Assembly: GCA_951406725.2 (NCBI GenBank)
Contig: OX597815.1
Coordinates: 43,276,001-43,340,000 of the forward strand
Source of the DNA: Octopus vulgaris
Taxonomy: Eukaryota
Reading direction: 5' to 3'
Length of the DNA: 64,000 nucleotides
Shown: positions 53,401 to 64,000 of the stretch, piece after piece
How the letters are laid out: the number at the start of each line of letters is the position of its first letter
Numbering within the stretch: position 1 is the stretch's first letter
Notes under the pieces: generated by a model
Database searches by the model: none
What the model saw: the letters and a program-made list of their open reading frames with translations, nothing else
What the model was told of the DNA's origin: nothing
Program-made: the position numbers and the translations under genes

Positions 53401-54249
53401 ATCATGTATGCATGTATGTATGTATGTACCAGGTCACTCTTGGTGCTACTGGTAACATATAACCCAGTGCAACCTGTTACATGATCGGGCTATCAGCAAT
53501 TAAACCGGTAACTCTACCAAGCCTGCTTAGTAAGGAGGATGGTTTTCGTTGGATGCCCTGCACCCAACAAAAAGACAAAAATTGTCAAGGTAGTGTCAAG
53601 GACCAACCAACAGCTGAGAGTGGGAAACACCTAGTCATTGTTTAGACATCTCTCTAGGAGAAGGAAACTTCAAAATAATATCCATCTCATTGCGAAGCCG
53701 GAGATCTTACTCTTGCTTGTCGGTGCGAATCTTTGTAGGTGAGAATCTCAGAAGTGTTGTACAAGCTGCTATTGACTTTAATTTTCAGCATGGGCATTCC
53801 TGACAGCCATTGCATTTAACATCTCGTATAAGAGAATTTGTCAGTGATGGTCATATTCATCTTCGACTCGGTAGCTATCACGTATTATGTCCGTATTTAT
53901 GGTAAATGCGTTATTACTATTATTCCATTTATACTGCTTTCAACTTTCATGAACGACCGAGTAATTAAGGTTGATTGCATCAATACTTCCATCAAATACA
54001 CTTGTAATTAAACAAAGCAAAACAATTAAACAGAATGGCAACGGCAAATGGGGTAGCTACTTCATCTTTTGCTAGAAGGTAATTAAGAGTCATGCTAATC
54101 TATTCTTCGAAGCATTAAACATGTCATACAGTAATTCAGCTTACTTATTTTTTTAACCATAAATAAGATCGGTTGAATGAATCACATTATATTATATGTA
54201 AAGGCCATCCTCATTTTAAAAAATCTGGATTTATAATGAGGCAACACGT

Positions 54250-54588
54250 ATCATATTGTGTTTGTTTGTCCGTGGACAAGATATCTCAAGAACCGGAGGA
54301 TGGATTCGGATGAAACTTTCAGGGACGTTTGGCTTCGTGACTGTCACGAACTGATTAGATTTTGGGGTCGATCCGGTACCGGACAAGGATTGTGGATTAT
54401 GTTTCTTGTTTTGTTGTTTTTTTTACTTTATTTTTGAGAGCGGTCAGGTTCATTTTTAGTATTCTCGTTTGTGAGAGCAGTCGAATTTATTTCAGATATT
54501 CTCATTTTAAAAATTATCTCTGGCTAATCGTTGAGAGGACATTGGTGTTGCCTTGGTGGAGATTTGCGCTCTCTGGGTGCTCTTGTTT
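54250..54588 (+). mobile_element. Helentron/HINE (DINE-1-like) non-autonomous element, 5' end degraded
   Basis: gtttgtttgtcc microsatellite, gatatctcaagaacc...ggattcggatgaaacttt, and 3' ccttggtggag subTIR plus gcgctctctgggtgc hairpin ending cttgtt. Confidence 0.6.
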
Positions 54589-54764
54589 ATCTTTTATTTC
54601 TTGTTTCAGCCATGCTGGTGCACCTCTTGGAAGGTGTTAATTGAACAAGCCAACTCCAGTTGTTTTTAAATTTTAAACCTGATACTTATTTCATCATCAC
54701 TTTGGCCCAATCAATAATGTTACGTAGAGACAAGCATATACACGCATATTCTCCCTGACACATA

Positions 54765-55150
54765 TCTTTTATCTTTTATTTGTTTCAGTCATTAGACTGC
54801 GGCCATGCCGATACACCGCCTTGAAGAATTTTTAGGCGAACGAATCGACCCCCTAGTACTTCTACTTTTTTAAAAGTTAGGTACTTATTCAGTCGGTCTC
54901 TGTAAGTTACGGGGATGTAAACACACCAACACCGATTTTCAAGCAGGGGTAGGGGACAAACATACACACGAAGAAACATGCATAAAGATAAATATATATA
55001 GAGAGATAAATATATACGATGGACTTCTTTCGTTTCCGTCAACTAAATCCACTCTCAAGATTTCGGCCAGCCAGGTGATATAACGGAAGTGCCACGCAGT
55101 GAGATTGAACACAGAATCATATGATTTGGAAGCAAACTTCTTACCACGCA
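54765..55150 (-). mobile_element. SINE family B
   Basis: Tail (cttttat)n, cagtcattagactgcggccatgc, and head blocks present. Confidence 0.8.
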
Positions 55151-55196
55151 TCTATCTAACTCAGGCATCTGTTTATCGAACTCACTCACACACTCT

Positions 55197-55278
<82 letters not shown>

Positions 55279-55310
55279 TACATAATACATACATACATAT
55301 ATATGTATAT

Positions 55311-55316
55311 AGGACT

Positions 55317-55372
<56 letters not shown>

Positions 55373-55378
55373 AGTCCT
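55311..55378. repeat. Perfect 68-bp palindrome centred on (TA)n
   Basis: aggacttgtgtgca-(TA)n-tgcacacaagtcct. Confidence 0.9.
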
Positions 55379-56019
55379 GCCAAAAGTAGAAACCTTTAAA
55401 TATTATTCCAACATAACACGATTATCCATGAAGTCAATCAAGCAATATCAATATATGTAATTACCACAAACGATGAATCTGAAAGACATGTCCAACCTTT
55501 CGAGAATATCGAACCACCCACCCATATATGTATGTGTGTGTGTGTGCGTAGGTGCGTGCACGTGTGTGTAACGTGAGTGTGTGTGTGTGTGCATATGTAT
55601 AATATATACGGCAGGCTTCTTTTAATACCAAATCTTCGCACATGGTTTTAGTCGACCCAAGGCTATAGTAGAAAAGACATCTGCCCATGCATTGTAACTG
55701 AATCCAGGATAATATGCCACGATAAATAGAACATATAACATTTAATATCATTTATGTATCGCCCGGCATTAATGTCAAAGTCTGCTGTAATAAAAAACGA
55801 TATATTATCAAAAACATTTCACTCACGACATCCAAACGCAATGTATCCAGCGTGTCTTTTGTTTTTTTAAGAACATAGGACGTATTTTTAAAGAAATTTT
55901 GCTGTTATTAACTAACAGTAAGCGCAATCATCTACAGACTCTTCTGTTGGCTACTTTCTACGAGCTTTTTTTTTTAGAAAAGACTAAAAGATATAACTAT
56001 CTCCTTCATTTTTGCTTCA

Positions 56020-56970
56020 GGCGAGGAGCTGACAGGATCGTTAGCGCTTCGAATAGGATGCTTAGCGGCATTTCTTTCAGCACTTCACGCACCGAGTTCA
56101 AACTCCATCGAGGTCAGCTTTGACTTTCATCCGTTGAAGGTCGGTAAAGTGTCATTTAAGTACTGGCTTCGATGCAATTGTCTTGTTGTCTTGCTATAAA
56201 GCAATAACCAACGTTTATTCATAATGGTTTCAAATTGTGACACAAGGCCAGCAATTTCGGGGGAAGGGATAAGTCAATAACATCGACCCCAGTGTTTTAC
56301 TGGTACTTATTTTATCGACCCCGGAAGGGTGAAAGGCAAAGTCGACATCAGCGGAATTTAAACTCATATCGTGGCACATGGTTAATAACCCTTTCTACTA
56401 TCATCAAGGGGCTTGACATTTCGAGGAAAAGGGTATGTCAATTACATTAACCCTAAGCTGAACTTGTACTTGTTTTATCGACCTCGAAAGGATGAAAGGC
56501 ATAGTCGACCTCGGCAGAATTTGAACTCAGAACATAAAGACAGATGAAATGCCGCTAAGCATTTTGCCCGAAGAGCTAACGATTCTGCCAGCTCGCCGCC
56601 TTGCACACGGTTAAGAATGATGTAGTGAAGTTGTCGTTAAACAAATCCCCAATAAAAAATATCATGTAAGATAAATGATGGAATGATTTGAACCTCCAGA
56701 TGATACTGAGGACCATAAAAAGAATCGGAATGCATTTAAGTTGATACTATTCCTATTTCTTTACTACCCACAAGGGGCTAAACACAGAGATGACAAACAA
56801 GGACAGACAAACGGATTAAGTCGATTATAACGACCCCAGTGCGTAACTGGTACTTAATTTATCTACCCCGAAAGGATGAAAGGCAAAGTCAATCTCGGCG
56901 GAATTTGAACTCAGAACGTAACGGCAGGCGAAATACGGCTACGCATTTCGCCCGGCGGGTTAACGTTTCT
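56020..56970. mobile_element. Cluster of four SINE family A copies
   Basis: ~56020-56170(+), ~56225-56370(-), ~56390-56602(-) and ~56752-56970(-); three different tails are represented. Confidence 0.85.
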
Positions 56971-57111
56971 TGCACACGGTTTATAATGAAGTGGTGAAGT
57001 TGTCATTAACTAAATCCCCAATTAAAAATGTTATGTAAGGTCAATCATGGAGTGATTTGAACCTCCAGATCATACTGAGAACCTTACAAAGAATCGGAAT
57101 ACATTTAACTT

Positions 57112-57344
57112 AAAGGCGGCGAGCTGGCAGAAACGTTAGCACGCCGGGCGAAATGCTTAGCGGTATTTCGTCTGCGTTACGTTGTGAGTTCAAATTCCGC
57201 CGAGGTCGACTTTGCCTTTCATCCTTTCGGGGTCGATAAATTAAGTACCAGTTACGCACTGGGGTCGATGTAATCGACTTAATACCTATGTCTGTCCTTG
57301 TTTGTCCCCTCTGTGTTTAGCCCCTTGTGGGTAATAAAGAAATA
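57112..57344 (+). mobile_element. Young full-length SINE family A, 16-bp TSD
   Basis: TSD ggaatacatttaactt at 57096-57111 and 57345-57360. Confidence 0.93.
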
Positions 57345-57589
57345 GGAATACATTTAACTTGACTCTGTACCGTTTACTCTGCTCCTCGGCCTCAGCGGTA
57401 TGGCCATAACAGTGGCAAAACTCTTATGATAGGTCAGTGATAGGTCACGTACTGAGTACATGACAAGTATATTGATCTGTGACCTAATATTTAACTGCGC
57501 GTAAATTGTGTTTAAATCTACTTCTTTCTGGTCTTGACGATTCTTGTTTAGATAAACAGAACAGCTAAGTGTGCGCTTGTATGGACTTT

Positions 57590-58212
57590 TCCCTTTTTGT
57601 TTTTTTTTTTTAAGTTTTTCTTTCCATTTCTTTCTCTTTCCTTTTTAACGTTTTTTTATTTTTTCCACCTTTCCTTTCCTATTTTCATTCTATCTTTCTT
57701 TCCTTCCATTTTTTTACTTCTTTCTTTAGTCTTTCTATCTTCCATTCTTACAAGTTTCTGCTATCATTTTCACTCCTTTTTTTTTTTTACAATCTTCTTT
57801 CTCTGACCATGTTTCATTGTTTTCATTGTTTTCTTCTTATCTTTCTTTCCCCCCGCTTTCTATATCCCATCATTCTATTTTTCCTTCACCGACATCAGAC
57901 TCATCTTTACCTTTTTTCTTCATCTTTCAATCCTTTTATTATTTTTGCTTTCAAAACCTTTCTTCACATCAGCTTTTCCCTTTTCATTTCAACCTCTCTT
58001 TTTCTCTTCCCTTTACTCTCTCTTATACTTGTTACCTGCCTTCTGTTTATCTCCCTTTTTTCATACCTACCTTTATTTCTGCTTCTCTTTGTTTTCATTT
58101 CCATTGTTCTTTTTTCTTTTTGTTATTCCTGCTTTCATTTGCTTATTTTTCAGTAGATTTTCTTTTATTTTTACCATCGTATCCTTCATATCCTCTCTTT
58201 CGTCCTTTCTAT
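57590..58212 (+). repeat. ~620-bp pyrimidine-rich low-complexity tract
   Basis: Strongly C/T-biased with very few G; the F/L/S-rich ORFs are compositional. Confidence 0.85.
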
Positions 58213-58721
58213 TGAAATGTTTATTTAGTGTCATCGGGACTTGGCTATTTCAAATATCCATTGGTATGCACTTCACATGCGCTGGCGCGTGTGTCAAGTC
58301 GAAGGAAAGCGATCGTCTGCAATACTTTGTGTGGTCTCCTTGTTAACTATTTTGTATAAGATGGCTACCGCATAAACATTTCCATATCATACTATATATT
58401 TATCCGTAACACACCGGATATGCTAAGACCACTTTTCCTTCTCCAAAGTCGATTTACATATCGAGACCTGTCTCCACATTTATCGATTTGTTTAGGCAAA
58501 GCAAACAGAAAAGGAGAGAGAGGTGAGAGAGAAGCGGATACAAGGGCGCAAAACGAGAGTGTGTGTACTGGGTGAGGGGGGAAAGATGGAGAGGAAAGGG
58601 GGAGGGATAGGCTATGTATATTTGTGTAACGCTACTGTACACAGATACACAGCATCCAAAAGCTGATATAAAAGTACTTATATATATATATATATATACA
58701 CACATACATACATACATCCAT

Positions 58722-58753
<32 letters not shown>

Positions 58754-59199
58754 GCACGCACACACGCATACACACTGACACACACATATATCTGTGTATA
58801 TATATAAAGAAGTATATACATACATACACACACGCACAGCACACATATACGTATGTGTTTGTGTGTAAATGTATGTACATTACATGTGTTTTATTTAAAT
58901 TTGGCGATGTAGATATGTGTACTTATATGTGTGTATGTGTTTGTACAGATGTATTTGTATTCTGTGCTTTGTAATTGATTCCTTATTTCGGCGCAAGGCC
59001 AAAACATGGAAGGGCATTATGTGACAAATATGTCTTTCTCAAGGCCATTACAGCTCTAGATGAAATGAGGTGACTTCATTCCCGAATATTAGGCAGCCAA
59101 CAGACTTGACTTACTGATGTGTTTACCTCTTGTCCTGCTGTGCTCACCTCATAATAAATAAAATAAATAAATAAATGTACGTATGCATGTTTTGATTGT

Positions 59200-59500
59200 T
59201 TGAAGACGCGGGGCCTAGTGGTTAGTCTGCGGTATTCACGATCGCGAGATCGTGTGTTCGATTTCTGGAGCGGGCGTTGTGTCGTGTTCTTGAGCAAAAT
59301 ACTTCATCTTGCGCTGTACTATGATTACTTCGACATAAAATGTATGGCGCACCGTGCGCTTGTATAGGCAACGTCGAATGGAGGGAAGGAGAGAGCTAAT
59401 GTGTAGCATAAACATTTGATCACTATAAACAAATCGTCTGGGCAGGTTGTTACTAAGAAATTGCAGAACCGTCTTTCTCGGACTACTAGACACAACCATG
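59200..59500 (+). mobile_element. SINE family E (tRNA head and CORE-like start shared with family C, different body)
   Basis: ggcctagtggttag (A box), gtgttcgatttc (B box), gtgttcttgagcaaaatactt. Confidence 0.65.
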
Positions 59501-59662
59501 AAAACATTAATGCATGTGTGTAAGCTTGCATTATATATATATGTGCGTACGTGTGTGTGTGTGTGTGTGTGTGTGTATGGATAAGGACATACAATGACCT
59601 AAAAGTCGAATACCTAAACCACTATGATTTCACTTCTAGCTAACTTGAAAATACGTCTAATA

Positions 59663-60177
59663 CCGTAAATCCTCGAGTATAATCCGCATTTTTTTCCAAA
59701 ATTTAAAGGTCAAAATCCCTAGTGCGTACTATATACGAGGTTAAAAATGAAAAATATTTTCTAAGCAATGTCCGAGTCTCTATTTGCTGTCCGGCAATGT
59801 TTATTCAGACGCATTTTGTTGGGCGCGAAAATACCTTAAGCTAAACCTGAAAGCAATGAAGTCATAAAAGAATCATCCATAACTTGCAGTAAGCAACATT
59901 TATTAAAATAAAAGTATTCAGAACACAGAATAACATGCAACAAAAGCAATTTGCAAACATATTTCATTCCCATATAACAGTTAAGAACATCGCCATTATT
60001 GTATTATGCATATACGGAAGTGTTTGTTCGACCAGGTTCTGCTGTCTTAATTACGCACGACTCAAGTTAGAGACGGGATGCGTATTATACTCAAGTTTTA
60101 GGTTTTTCAGAGGTACAACCCCCTAAAAATCCCCTGCTTGTTATACTCAAGGGCGGACTATACTCGAAGATTTACGG
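59663..60177. mobile_element. Tigger/pogo-type MITE
   Basis: ta|ccgtaaatcctcgagtataatccgc ... gcggactatactcgaagatttacgg|ta (23/25 TIR match), with internal gcgtattatactc-type subterminal motifs. Confidence 0.88.
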
Positions 60178-61394
60178 TACTACGTTAGAGAATACTGTAA
60201 CTTACGAAAAACTTCCTAACAAAAAAAAAAAAAAAAGATTTTATCAATAGAAATAGCAAGCTTTCTTCCCTCTAACATTTCATTTAGTGGCATGAATTTG
60301 GATTTAATATATTAGACACCTCATCTCAAATATAGAATGATACTTATTTAAACTATCCTTGTTCCTATCTAAGATCTTTTACCATTTCCGCCACTGTCAT
60401 TAATAAATTCATTGAACATGATAGATATGGAGGCAATGAGGGAACCTTGCTCAATATGCGAGATATAGCAGCAAAATCTTTGAAATAAGGAAATTTTATT
60501 TAAACCATGTAGAACTGGACAACCCTAAAGTCTATCCAATATAAGCTAATCTGGGATTAATCAACACATAATGGATATTCCTTTTTGTCTAAATGTTATT
60601 CCCCACTAGATTTTTGTACCACTTTTACATGCCATCAGCGTAAAGGCCAACGTCAATTCTTACAACCTCTACAGAAAGATGTATGAAGGGAAAGAGACTG
60701 CAAGATATGGTGAACAGTCGGGAGATTATTTGCGACTGTAGTTAGACCGATAGCGGTAATATAGCGAACAGTTTTGTAATAGTTGTTTACCGTAATGTCT
60801 ACATTTTTCGAAAATCTCGAATCTAGTGTTCAAATAGAAATCAGGATTGCATTTTATTTAAGGATAAAGCATTTCTCCATTTTTCTTTTCTTTTACTTTT
60901 CTTTCTTTTACTTTTCTTTCTATAGTATCTCAATAATTTTCTATGTGATGTCATGTCGTTGAATAACCTAGCTTTCCACGCAGTATACAAAAGTGTAAAT
61001 TTGATTGTAGTATCTTCTTTCAAACCTCGGCCATACATGTTTTTCAGGATTGGTCTCATATAAATGCTATTGTCAACCGTTTGACACGCGCCCAAATTCT
61101 TATTATGCAATTTACAAACCTTCAAGTTCATAATCTAATGTACGACTAGAAATTCATGGAGTTCAGTGCCATTTTTCTAATATATATCATACTCACTTTC
61201 TAGAAAATCCTTTTTTTCAAATTTGAGCATCATACATTTTTAACAAAAAAATTCTATTTTTATTCATATAACTTTTAATCCATGCACTCATTTATATATA
61301 AGCTGCATATATATATATGTGTATGTGTGTGTGTGTGTGTGCATGTAAATGCATGCATAGCTCTCTCTCTCTCTCTCTATCTATATATATATGT

Positions 61395-61434
<40 letters not shown>

Positions 61435-61468
61435 AAATATATATGTATATAATTGACCATATGTGCAT

Positions 61469-61515
<47 letters not shown>

Positions 61516-63109
61516 TGTTTATATGTATGTACCCAAACGCGTGCGCGCGCACACACACACACACAGAATGATATACACATAATTTACAGTACACAACAGA
61601 ATTTTTAGCTCCCTGGTTTCCAGACTCAGTGTCGGATTATCCGTTTTGCCAGACTAATAATATGTCACGTAATAATAATTCAGGGTAATTTTCATACGCG
61701 ACTGCCGCCACGTTAATAGCTTTTTCGCTAACTAAAGCTACCAGAAACTTATTTGATAATTTAGTAGAAGTATATTATGATGGCGGCAATAGTCTCCCTA
61801 GCCCTCAACTATAATAACATGAAGGCGCAAAAGTCTGAAACTAAATACAACGCCACGCAGTATCTTCCAGACACCTGGACCCCACACACATAAAGAAGTG
61901 GCCAGGCATCAGTGTCGGAATATCAGTCATGCACTTGTGCATACTAACACAGAAATACACGCGCGCATGCGTGAAGATAGATGCAGGGGAAAATATGTAT
62001 TGCGTATTGCTCGTGTATACGCATTTGTAATGAATCTGTGTGAACGATATATGCATGTATATGTATATATATGTATGTACGTAATATATATATGTGTATG
62101 TGTGATATATATAATTTATACATATATGTGTGTAATATATAGAAGTGTATATATGTGTGTATGCGCGCGCTCGTGTGTGTATGTGTATCCAAATTGAGAA
62201 ATGGAGAGGTAAAATCCTGGTCCCTTAACTAGCAGAAACTTGAAAGTAATAAATACTCAATGAGGTGTACTTCGCTAGCTCCCAAAAAACGTTTTGTACT
62301 TATGACACTTTTGCATAATAGCAGCAATATGTACGTATTTATACAAATGAAAAGGGAGTGTGAAAGAGAGAAAGTGTGTGTGTGTATGAAAGAGAGAGGG
62401 GGAAAAGTAAAACGCACTCAATATAAGCAATAAAGTGAATATATTTTTATGTGGTCAAGCAATATATTACTGCTTATGGTATATAACTGGTCAAACTGTT
62501 GCCGTAGTTTTCGTCCTAAATATTACCACACAAACCGACAGTAACAGTCTGACCTGATAAGTGCCATAAGTACTGATATATTCCTTGATAACATAAATAA
62601 ATACATAGCCATGTATGACATGCCAATTTTGGAGAATTCTTAAGTTTTGAGATCATATCTTCTCCTTCTTTGGTGTATTTTCCATTTGCTTTCAACACGA
62701 TCGTTATTTGTTTCCCAAGAAATGAGGATGATTTTTATAAAAGAGAAGTTTATCTTGTATGATATTTAATATATCTTTATTCATTGTTGTTCTTCGAAAA
62801 CATGCCATTGTTCACCCTGAATTATTTCTGTTAGTTCGCGTCGATTAATTTATATTCATATGTAAAACGCAAAGTATATTCCTCTTTAATTGCAGTCATC
62901 TAGGCGGGAAAAAAGACATAGGAAAAATTCCCTGAGAATTGAGTCACTGGGAAAAAAGACAGCGTGAACATTGGCAAGCTCGGAGCTCGGTACCGTTGCG
63001 AATCAAAAATACTTGTGTTTAGTGAAAAATATTTTTAAGCCTCCCTTCATGGAAATTATCTACAATAATAGGCATATATATATATAAATATATTCTTTTA
63101 TTCATTAAT

Positions 63110-63484
63110 TTATTTCAGTTATTTGACTGCGGCCATGCTGGATCACTGTCTTTAGACGAACAAATCTAACCCAGGACTTATTCTTTGTGAGCCTAGTACT
63201 TATTTCATCGGTCTATTTTACGAACAGCTAAGTTACGGAGACGTAAACACACCAATATCGGTTGTCAAGCGATGGTGGGGGGGACACAAACACAGACACA
63301 CAAACATATACTTATATTTATATATGACGGGCTTCTTTCAGTTTTCGTCGACTAAATTCACTCACAAGGCTTTGGTCAGCTCGAGACTATAGTAGAAGAC
63401 ACTTGCCCAAGGTGCCATGCAGTGGGACTGAACCCGGAACCATGTGATTGGTAAGTAAGCTATTTACCACATAGCCACTCCTGT
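63110..63484 (-). mobile_element. SINE family B, near full length
   Basis: Matches 2381-2803. Confidence 0.88.
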
Positions 63485-63494
63485 CCATATATAT

Positions 63495-63803
63495 ATGGAC
63501 CCCTTTGATTATTAATTCTGGTTGACTCCTATAGCCATATAATGTTTAAAAACTAGTTTCATAGAGACTTTTTCAAAATTCCTATTTTGTTTTAGATATT
63601 AACTTGTATAGGTTGAACTAAGTAAAATATTAGAGAAAGAAACCTAGCAGTTTCTTGCAATATATACTAATACAACAACAGCAAAACATTTTCAGGGGTC
63701 CCAACATACTATTGTGGAACCCCAATTCATTATCTTGTTGTGTGCACCCAAAAATTCGTATATGGAGCCTCAGCGGCCACATGGACCTCGGTTGAAGAAC
63801 ATT
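63495..63803. mobile_element. Degenerate hAT MITE, left end missing
   Basis: Ends atggacctcggttgaagaacattg; ggacc motifs shared with 40085-40335. Confidence 0.4.
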
Positions 63804-63808
63804 GATTT

Positions 63809-63844
<36 letters not shown>

Positions 63845-64000
63845 CTACAAAATTAGAGAATGGAGAAACATACTTAAATCAGTAAAACATCAACTATCCG
63901 ATGATACTCAATCCATACTTTAATACACCATTACATATGAGTAAAGGCAATATATAAAATGAAATGAGATATACAGTAATAGTAAAAGTAAAAAGATAAA

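Noticed and set aside
57597-58346. Hydrophobic membrane-protein-like ORFs
   Set aside because: A by-product of the pyrimidine-rich tract, which is open in several frames.

Overview
AT-rich, microsatellite-saturated eukaryotic DNA. The SINE repertoire and simple-repeat density look like an octopus (cephalopod) intergenic or intronic region; that assignment is from recall, not a search. I recognise no host protein-coding gene, and nearly all listed ORFs are microsatellite or SINE read-through. The window is a nested transposon graveyard. It holds two abundant tRNA-headed SINE families plus three rarer ones, LINE fossils (Dong/R4, RTE, Penelope-like), DNA-transposon fossils (hAT, pogo-like with psq-HTH and PHD finger, mariner, MITEs) and non-autonomous Helitrons. 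Three signals stand out. (1) Four sequence-distinct minimal type-I hammerhead-like motifs and several fold-back elements sit in short islands between microsatellite tracts. (2) A 379-bp TSD-flanked, GC-rich, structured element appears built from an RTE 5'UTR. (3) There are perfect palindromes at a Helitron end and around a (TA)n tract.
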